From: Promethearchaeota archaeon
Lineage (GTDB): Archaea > Asgardarchaeota > Hermodarchaeia > Hermodarchaeales > Hermodarchaeaceae
Assembly (NCBI GenBank): GCA_048938385.1
Contig: JBHLMG010000001.1
Location: 269,044-333,043 of the forward strand
Length of the DNA: 64,000 nt
Direction: 5' to 3'
Under the pieces are notes generated by a model. The model did no database searches and was not told the origin of the DNA. It was given only the letters and a program-made list of their open reading frames with translations. Of the stretch, positions 57,318 through 64,000 are shown piece after piece. The translations under genes and the position numbers were made by a program. The first letter of the stretch is position 1. Each line of letters opens with the position of its first letter.

Positions 57318-58184
57318 TCATGGCATACCACCAGTGAGAAGGGAGAGAAGCGCTGGAACTGAAAGAAGTACTGCTATGAAGCCAAGGGCAAGGCAAAATA
57401 TCCACCAAGGGATATTCAAGGCTGAATATCGTAACGCGACCAAAGCTCCTAGCCCCGCAAGAAAGGCGAGGATAACGATGAGGGCGAGAATTAAAGGCAC
57501 AGTCCAAAATATCGTGCCATAGATTAAGTCCAGACACACAACTCCGAAGGTTGCAGGTACTCCGAGAAGGAAACTTAGACGTAGAGCTTCTTCACGATGT
57601 ACCCCTCGAATTAACAGCCATGTCAGCGTCATTCCAGATCGACTAATACCTGGCAACACTGCCAATCCTTGAACGAGTCCTAAAACCAAGGCTTCTTTCC
57701 ATTTTATATCCTCTAACTCTAATTCTCCCTTTGCAGCCTTTTGAGAATACAGGACAACACCCGTAACGATGAGGAGTATCCCCACAACTGTTGAGACAAT
57801 TTCGCCGACTAGGTGTGGCACGAGATTGGCAAGGAAGATGTAGAGGGGGAGCGCTGTGATGGCTGTCCCTACGGTACCAACTAAGACGAATAGAAAAAGT
57901 GGGCCAAATAGAGGTGTTGGCGCCCTCTCAGTAAAAGCGGAGTCCGAAGCGGGTTTACGGAATTTAGAGTAGATCGTGCTAAAGATATCCTTACGATAAA
58001 AAACGATCACAGCGAAGGCGGTACCCAGGTGTAACCAAAAAATCAGGGAAAGGGCTGTAGCAGCGTCAATGTTGTAAACTAGGACTGATATAAGCAAGAT
58101 TTGTCCTTCACTGCTCACCGGTAGAAACTCAAGCAATCCCTGAAGGATTGCGAGCACAAGAAGTGGGATGATCATGCCCTTCAC
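57318..58184 (-). CDS. uppP: Polyprenyl (undecaprenyl)-diphosphate phosphatase, BacA family
   Basis: QGLLEFLPVSS.G, HLGT, QGLAVLPGISRSG.T, LSFLL. Confidence 0.92.
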   Translation of the reverse strand: MKGMIIPLLVLAILQGLLEFLPVSSEGQILLISVLVYNIDAATALSLIFWLHLGTAFAVIVFYRKDIFSTIYSKFRKPASDSAFTERAPTPLFGPLFLFVLVGTVGTAITALPLYIFLANLVPHLVGEIVSTVVGILLIVTGVVLYSQKAAKGELELEDIKWKEALVLGLVQGLAVLPGISRSGMTLTWLLIRGVHREEALRLSFLLGVPATFGVVCLDLIYGTIFWTVPLILALIVILAFLAGLGALVALRYSALNIPWWIFCLALGFIAVLLSVPALLSLLTGGMP

Positions 58185-58373
58185 CGATGTGGTCCCGTTG
58201 ATACAATAGATGCCTATAAGCCTTCCTTGTTCAATTGGCGCACTCGTCGTCCTAACGAAATGAGAACTTGCTTACATCTACAGGTGCCGCTATGGAGTTT
58301 TTCACAGTTGGCGAATCGCTTAAAACCTACCGTTGAGGTTTAAACAACCAAGAAGCCTATTGAGGCCTAATCA

Positions 58374-58718
58374 GTGCAACCTGATCAAAACCAACCATCG
58401 ACAGTGAGTAAGCGACTGGCATTGCTTCGTGACATTATTAAAAACAATATCACAAAGCAGGAGCTGTTGCGCTGTTTAAGTGATGGTTTATGGCATAGCA
58501 CATCCGAACTTGCTCGGTTTGCCCGGAAAACCAACCCTGTGATGGGCTTAGTAACAGTGGGCACCATTCTCAATCGAATGCAAAACCAGTTGGGGGAGCA
58601 GTTTCTTGAAAATATGGTGCAACATCCCGAACCGGGTGTAGCTTCGTGGCGTATCGGAGTTGAATGGCTCGATGTCGTCACTGAGGTACTCAAAGAGACT
58701 GAGGGCTCCACAAGCTAG
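58374..58718 (+). CDS. Small winged-helix-like protein
   Basis: LLRCLSDG.WHSTSELA...VGTILNRM...WRI. Confidence 0.65.
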   Translation: MQPDQNQPSTVSKRLALLRDIIKNNITKQELLRCLSDGLWHSTSELARFARKTNPVMGLVTVGTILNRMQNQLGEQFLENMVQHPEPGVASWRIGVEWLDVVTEVLKETEGSTS

Positions 58719-58884
58719 CGAAGCGCAGAGGACACATTCTGGGGCAACTAGACAGGTTAGCACTGTTCTTTTCGGAGAAAAACACGAGTAACATGGACAT
58801 TCTCCTCGAATTGCTTTTTAATCGGTGCAAAACTTAAGTAGGGGCAATAAACACGGTTATTTGTAAGAATAACTGGTGTTACTA

Positions 58885-59124
58885 ATGCCCAGAGAAAAAA
58901 CAACCCGGATTGTTCCTCTCGCCCCTATTGACCGCCTTATTCGTAAGGCTGGGGCTGAGCGGGTCAGTGAACATGCAGCTACCGAACTCGGCGAAGTTCT
59001 TGAGGAACTAGGTAACGAGATTGCCACCATCGCGAAAGAACTCTCTGAATTCGCAGGACGAAAAACCGTCACGCGAAGAGACATCAAACTCGCTTACAAA
59101 CAATGGAAGAAAACACGCCGATAA
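58885..59124 (+). CDS. Archaeal histone
   Basis: PLAPIDRLIRKAGAERVS...AGRKTV..RDIKLA; short basic extensions. Confidence 0.95.
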   Translation: MPREKTTRIVPLAPIDRLIRKAGAERVSEHAATELGEVLEELGNEIATIAKELSEFAGRKTVTRRDIKLAYKQWKKTRR

Positions 59125-59198
59125 CCCATACCGCTTCACAGAACAATCTCAAGGTTTAAAATGGAGTCATTGGCACACGACTACTTAGTGTCCTTTTA

Positions 59199-60428
59199 TT
59201 GGTGACTGCTATGAAGACTCGTCCATTTCGAACCAATTTAGTCACCGCGCGAACAAAAACCATCCAGTACGCCATTCGCGATGTCGTGGTTGCTGCAAAA
59301 AAACTTGAAGCGGCAGGAAAACAAGTCACTTTCTTAAACATAGGCGATCCCATCGTCTACGATTTCGAAACGCCCTCCTTCCTAGTCGAGGCCTTTTGTC
59401 AAGCGGCCAAACAGGGATTAAATGGGTACTCCGCGTCAGCCGGTCTTACCGAATTTCGTGAAGCTGTCGTAGATAAAGAATACCGCGTCAACCAAGTAGT
59501 CATTAACCCCGAAGATGTAATTGCCACAGCTGGAATCTCAGAAGGGATACAGATGATGATGGCTGCACTCGTCCACCCTGGATCTGAAGTGCTTGTCCCT
59601 GGACCCACCTATCCCCCATATCTTGCCTTTGTACGGTTCTTCGATGGTGTGGCTCGGACCTACCGCTGCATTGAAGCGGAAGGTTGGCAACCCGATCTGG
59701 ACGACATTCGTAACAAGATTAGTGACCAGACGGCCGCCATGGTCCTCATCAACCCAAACAATCCGACTGGCGCAGTGTATTCGGAAAAAACCATCAAGGC
59801 TATCATTGACATTGCGGGTGAATATGGGCTTCCCCTAATCTCGGATGAAGTCTATGACCGACTCATCTACGATGCCCCTCGTAAAAGCACCGCTGCTCTC
59901 GCTCAGGATGTTCCCGTCATCGGCTTCAATGGGCTTTCCAAAGTCTATCTGGTTCCTGGTTGGCGAATTGGCTACATGTACTTTCATCATCCTAATCAGG
60001 ACCTCGCTGAACTGAAAGAACATATCCTCAAACAAGCCCGCATACGCATCTGTGCCAATGCTCCAGCACAATCTGCCGCCGCCGTGGCGCTCAGGAAATC
60101 TGATACCTACCTGCAAGAGGTCTTAGCGCGCCTCCGTCAGCGACGCGATCTAGTCTGGCAGCGACTCAACGAAATCGACGGGGTCTCTGCTGCGAAACCT
60201 GAAGGGGCTTTCTATATTTTTCCCAGCATTGAGTTGAAGGATCGCTGGCCTACCGATGAAGCCTTTGTTATGGATCTCCTGAAGACTACAGGCGTGCTCG
60301 TCGTCCATGGTTCGGGCTTCGATCCAATCTATGGAGCGAATCACTTCCGATTAGTCTTTCTAGCTCCACCAACGACGCTCAATACCGCCTTAGATGCGAT
60401 TCAATCCTTTGTGGAAAAAACTGGTTAA
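59199..60428 (+). CDS. Class I/II PLP aminotransferase (alanine aminotransferase-like)
   Basis: LNIGDP, INPNNPTG, SDEVYD, GLSK...PGWRIG. Confidence 0.92.
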   Translation: MVTAMKTRPFRTNLVTARTKTIQYAIRDVVVAAKKLEAAGKQVTFLNIGDPIVYDFETPSFLVEAFCQAAKQGLNGYSASAGLTEFREAVVDKEYRVNQVVINPEDVIATAGISEGIQMMMAALVHPGSEVLVPGPTYPPYLAFVRFFDGVARTYRCIEAEGWQPDLDDIRNKISDQTAAMVLINPNNPTGAVYSEKTIKAIIDIAGEYGLPLISDEVYDRLIYDAPRKSTAALAQDVPVIGFNGLSKVYLVPGWRIGYMYFHHPNQDLAELKEHILKQARIRICANAPAQSAAAVALRKSDTYLQEVLARLRQRRDLVWQRLNEIDGVSAAKPEGAFYIFPSIELKDRWPTDEAFVMDLLKTTGVLVVHGSGFDPIYGANHFRLVFLAPPTTLNTALDAIQSFVEKTG

Positions 60429-60429
60429 C

Positions 60430-60726
60430 TTAAGGATTTGGTTGGGTGCCCGTCTCCCCGGAGGTGCTCGTTCGCGCCTCTTGTACCATACGACCAATCG
60501 TGCCAAACATTCGTTCTGGCGAAAACATCGGCATGCTAACATTGTTTTGAATGGCGTTGAAAATCTCGTTATGGTTAAGATCAGTGGTCAAGGGGGTCGT
60601 TCCGACTTCCGTTTTTCCACGAAATATTCGGATTGCCCACCGATCACCGATTCGACCAAGCTCAACAAGATAACTGGTCATTGGAAGAAGGTACATTTGG
60701 GTGATGGGTCGGTATTCCTGGGACAT
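60430..60726 (-). CDS. Hypothetical protein
   Basis: 98-aa ORF downstream of the coiled-coil gene on the same strand. Confidence 0.6.
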   Translation of the reverse strand: MSQEYRPITQMYLLPMTSYLVELGRIGDRWAIRIFRGKTEVGTTPLTTDLNHNEIFNAIQNNVSMPMFSPERMFGTIGRMVQEARTSTSGETGTQPNP

Positions 60727-60789
60727 GCTCTTTCGCCTCTAAATATCGTATCACCCAATGTAAGCTAAAAAGGCTTTGTGCCACCGGTT

Positions 60790-62058
60790 CTAAGATTCTT
60801 CGCTTGCCTCTTTAGTAAGAACGGCTTGCACCTCGTCAGAAAATTCGACGACGATTTCATCACGAACCAAACGCGATAGGGACTCTTCAAGTCGCGTTTG
60901 GAGTTTTCGTAGCTGGGTGGAAATTCGCGTAATTTGCTCTTTGCAATGCGCAATCTCGGCGGTCACATCACGGTGTTCCCATTTCGCCCGATCAAGTGAT
61001 TTCTCTAACTCACGCCGGTCATCAAGTGACACTGCTGCCTCTAAGTCGGTTTTTCGCGATTCAAGTTCACCAAAATGCTGACGGTATTCATCCAATTCGC
61101 CCTTCTCACTCACGGTCGCTTGGCGCTCTAACACCTTCCGGTTCACGCTCTGCTTAAACGAGAGTTTATCTCCCGTAATGGCGTCCGTTAACGCTGTTAG
61201 TCCTGCTTTTAATCCCGTGAGGTTCACCTCATCCTTCTTGAAAGCTTCCCACGGGTCTATCGAATACGCGTCCGCGCCTTCTCCTGCCGTTGATGACACC
61301 ATCAGGGTGCTCCCTATCGCCTGACTTAATTTCTTAAACGGCTTTTTGAGAAAATTCAACTGGTTGGTGACAATCATCCGAATACTATCAATCTCTTTCT
61401 GAATCGCTTCAATTTCATCTAGCCCTGATTCAGCATGAAACTGATCAATATCTCCACGGTGTTCCTCAACACGACCGGCTGTTTCTTCCCGCTGCTGTTC
61501 CAGCTCCTTTAGCTGCTTAACCAAGGTCATAACCTGTCGCGACCGCTGAGCAATATCCTCCACATCGCGTTCAACCTTATCCAACTCCTTGGGGAGTTTG
61601 CTCTTCTCCCAAATCTTACGGACTTTCCGATAGCCCTGGTCGACGGCCCGAATCTGATAATCGAGCTCTTTAATGATCTTTTTGTGAACCGGTGGTAATC
61701 GGGGAATATACCGCCTCCCCGTCATCATCGTGTCTCTCAAATACCCCTCTAAATCCCCCATCAACTCTTCTACCGTCGAATATGTCAACTGGTCTGGAAA
61801 CGTGATCTCCTCCACGCTCTGCTTCAATTGACTCGCTAGCTTCTGCGCTGCTCCTGGAACGGTCATCTCTCCATCCAACAACACTTCCTCCAATAACAAA
61901 TCCGACGCCTCCCCCGTCTTCACAAACGCTTCATCAATCCGATCTAATTGGCGCCGCAGTTCCGCCCGATAACTGCTCAATAAGTCCTCAGACTGCTTTG
62001 CAAACCATGCAGGTAACTCGTCCACACCGATAACCGTCATAGCGCCGACCTCGCTCAC
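60790..62058 (-). CDS. Long coiled-coil protein
   Basis: 422 aa, heptad-rich, LKKPFKKL motif; start GTG 62058 or ATG 62040. Confidence 0.8.
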   Translation of the reverse strand: MSEVGAMTVIGVDELPAWFAKQSEDLLSSYRAELRRQLDRIDEAFVKTGEASDLLLEEVLLDGEMTVPGAAQKLASQLKQSVEEITFPDQLTYSTVEELMGDLEGYLRDTMMTGRRYIPRLPPVHKKIIKELDYQIRAVDQGYRKVRKIWEKSKLPKELDKVERDVEDIAQRSRQVMTLVKQLKELEQQREETAGRVEEHRGDIDQFHAESGLDEIEAIQKEIDSIRMIVTNQLNFLKKPFKKLSQAIGSTLMVSSTAGEGADAYSIDPWEAFKKDEVNLTGLKAGLTALTDAITGDKLSFKQSVNRKVLERQATVSEKGELDEYRQHFGELESRKTDLEAAVSLDDRRELEKSLDRAKWEHRDVTAEIAHCKEQITRISTQLRKLQTRLEESLSRLVRDEIVVEFSDEVQAVLTKEASEES

Positions 62059-62203
62059 CTCATCACAACTGCACCATTAAAAACATTACCACACAGGGAA
62101 CCTTACCTCCAACACCCCTCTAAAGAACACGCCAAAAAGCTTATCAGCGCCCTCCCATAAGCAACCATAAAAAGACCCAACATCCCCGGATGGTGAGCGG
62201 GCT

Positions 62204-63094
62204 ATTATCCACAACGCAATCCTCCTCAGCATCAGCCCCCGCAAAGACGAAGTCGGTCTCCAAGCCAGCGTCTTATTCCGCAAACAGTACTGGCGCGTCG
62301 TCCTCACCGACGACATGGTCCGTGAATTTCTCCGCGCCTATAAAGAATTCATGAGCCACGTCCAGTCCAGCGACATCCCCGCCCTCCCCATCCACATTCA
62401 AGGCGCGAAATTCATCTTCACCAACGTCGACGACCTCCTCCTCGTCTTCATCAGCCACATGCAAGACGAAGACAACCGCGTCGCCGAAAAAGTCAAAACC
62501 GCGCTCCGGATGCTCGTCGGCAAATACGGCACCGACCAAATCAAAGACATCGGCAACAGCGACAACCCCCAGCCCATCGAAGACCTCATCGACAACTACA
62601 TCATGAGCAAGCTCAAAGTCAGCCTCGTCGGCGAAGGCGGCGTCGGCAAAACCACCCTCCTCCGCCTCCTCAAAGGCGGCGCCCCCCCCACCGAGTACGT
62701 CCCCACCATCGCCCTCAGCATCGAACAGATCGAAGCCACCCGCTACGGCACCTACAGCATCATCCTCTGGGACTTCGCCGGCCAAGAACGCTTCCGCCGC
62801 CTCTGGACCATCTACTTCCGCGGCAGCGACATCGTCTTCATCATCACCGACTCCACCCTCAACAACGTCATCGCCACCAAAGAAATCCTCGACGTCATCC
62901 GCAAAGACGCCCCCGGCGTCCCCGTCTGGGCCATCGCCAACAAACAAGACCTCGAAGGCGCCCTCACCCCCGAACTCGTCGAACGCATCCTCGGCATCCC
63001 CGCCTTCGGCATGGTCGCCATCGACCAAAAACGCAAAGAAGAAATGATGACCATCCTTCTGGATGCTGTGGAAAGATACATAGGCACGGGTTAA
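62204..63094 (+). CDS. Longin-like domain-small GTPase (Rab/Arf-like) fusion; probable ATT start
   Basis: GEGGVGKT, YVPT, WDFAGQERF, ANKQD; the frame is open upstream of ATG 62315 to IIHNAILLS, preceded by GGTGA. Confidence 0.9.
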   Translation: MIHNAILLSISPRKDEVGLQASVLFRKQYWRVVLTDDMVREFLRAYKEFMSHVQSSDIPALPIHIQGAKFIFTNVDDLLLVFISHMQDEDNRVAEKVKTALRMLVGKYGTDQIKDIGNSDNPQPIEDLIDNYIMSKLKVSLVGEGGVGKTTLLRLLKGGAPPTEYVPTIALSIEQIEATRYGTYSIILWDFAGQERFRRLWTIYFRGSDIVFIITDSTLNNVIATKEILDVIRKDAPGVPVWAIANKQDLEGALTPELVERILGIPAFGMVAIDQKRKEEMMTILLDAVERYIGTG

Positions 63095-63140
63095 ATTAAT
63101 TAAATAATCTGTGAATATATATAGCATCAAATTAATATAA
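63091..63140. other. AT-rich element at the strand-skew inversion (candidate unwinding element and/or terminator)
   Basis: 44 of 50 bases A/T; lies between a C/A-rich left arm and a G/T-rich right arm. Confidence 0.4.
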
Positions 63141-64000
63141 CTCTTGATTTATGCTCTTCATGATTTTTCGAATTCGTCCTGGATAGTAGCAGATACCGAG
63201 TTTATCAAAAATGAATTCGGTGATTTCTCCAGGACTTCTTTTCTGTTTAGCAAGTTTTTCGATATAATATTCTGCTTTCCAATGCATTGGTGCCCATGCA
63301 TTTTGCATTCTTGCTGCAATCATTTTAGCGAGCTTAGCTGCCTGATCTTGTCGACCTGTAGCATGTAGAAAAAAGGGGAGCTTTGCTGCATGGATGACGC
63401 TTGCTTGTTGTTCAATGATAACACGGTTTTTGAGAAATCTGCTGTTAACCCCCAGTGTACTAAGTAATTCAATCAAAAAAGGGCTGTTGACCTCACTTGC
63501 GTTGCCGAGCTTTTGGTATTTGGTGTTGGCGTAGCCATCGCCGTCATTGAGGCCTTGGAGGAATTTGGTGCGGATGTGGCGGGGGGCGGTGTGGAGCCAG
63601 GGGGCGGTGATGGGGGTGTAGGTGGTGAGTTGGGTGGGGGTGAGGCCGAGGCAGGTGTGTTTGATCCAGGTGAGGAGGGGGGTGGCTTGGCTGCGCCAGC
63701 GGTGTTTTGGGGGGTAGGGTTTGGGTTCGGCGAAGATGCCGAGGTGGCCGAGGTAGTAGCAGGTGGCGTCGCCGACGTGTTGGCTCCAGGGGTAGCGTTT
63801 GGTGAGGCTCATGTCGAGGCGGGTGCTGGTGTAGTGGGGGGTGATTTTGCCGGCGTCGCTGACGAGGATGCCGAGGAGGTAGGCGAAGGCGGCGTCCTGG
63901 GAAATGGGGCCGAAGCGGTGGTGCCAGTGCGTCATGTTTGGGTTCGTAAGGGGTTGGAGTTGGTGGAGGACGGGGGGGAGTTGGGTCCAGGTGGTGATGG
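63132..64000 (-). CDS. Double-motif LAGLIDADG endonuclease-like protein with C-terminal HTH, 5'-truncated by window
   Basis: AYLLGILVSDAG and FLQGLNDGDG motifs; frame stays open upstream of ATG 63935 to the window end. Confidence 0.8.
   Translation of the reverse strand, partial: ITTWTQLPPVLHQLQPLTNPNMTHWHHRFGPISQDAAFAYLLGILVSDAGKITPHYTSTRLDMSLTKRYPWSQHVGDATCYYLGHLGIFAEPKPYPPKHRWRSQATPLLTWIKHTCLGLTPTQLTTYTPITAPWLHTAPRHIRTKFLQGLNDGDGYANTKYQKLGNASEVNSPFLIELLSTLGVNSRFLKNRVIIEQQASVIHAAKLPFFLHATGRQDQAAKLAKMIAARMQNAWAPMHWKAEYYIEKLAKQKRSPGEITEFIFDKLGICYYPGRIRKIMKSINQELY

Noticed and set aside
62273-63130. 285-aa minus-strand ORF
   Set aside because: Antisense shadow of the GTPase; the extreme codon bias removes antisense stops and yields a D/G/V/E low-complexity product
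63060-63490. ORB elements at the skew switch (TGGAAA; AAAAAAGGGG; AAAAAAGGG)
   Set aside because: Only partial matches to the TTCCA-TGGAA + G-string consensus and they lie within coding sequence
62200-64000. Diversity-generating retroelement as the cause of the odd composition
   Set aside because: No reverse transcriptase and no TR/VR repeat pair visible
1-64000. CRISPR arrays, IS elements, rRNA genes, prophage
   Set aside because: No regularly spaced repeats, transposase/integrase motifs or rRNA-like sequence seen by eye

Overview
A gene-dense archaeal chromosome segment, very probably from an Asgard archaeon. It encodes three Roadblock-like proteins, a longin-fused small GTPase, an ESCRT-II Vps22/EAP30-like protein, a CdvA-like protein, an Rpn11-like JAMM protease and a histone. 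Housekeeping genes include Topo VI A/B, archaeal MAT, tetraether synthase, a CoA biosynthesis cluster, LipS1/LplA/LipS2, proteasome beta, GluRS and EndA. No CRISPR array or transposase was seen. Top signals: (1) an unannotated ~140-nt small RNA at 42635-42779 with its own TATA box, a terminal stem, eight CCUC motifs and a U8 tail, Y-RNA-like in architecture; (2) an extreme, transcription-independent C/A to G/T strand-skew inversion around an AT-rich core at ~63.1-63.5 kb, origin-like, with weaker echoes at ~52.45 and ~55.1 kb; (3) a tRNA-Gln(CUG) with two introns (15/16 and 37/38) plus an EndA carrying a crenarchaeal-type specificity loop; (4) a probable ATT start codon for the longin-GTPase; (5) unusual architectures: tail-anchored JAMM, eL13-HhH fusion, wHTH-TopoVIA, degenerate Orc1/Cdc6, and head-to-head paralogue pairs of eIF2B-like proteins and pantoate kinases. 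All family calls come from motif recognition by eye; no database search was run.
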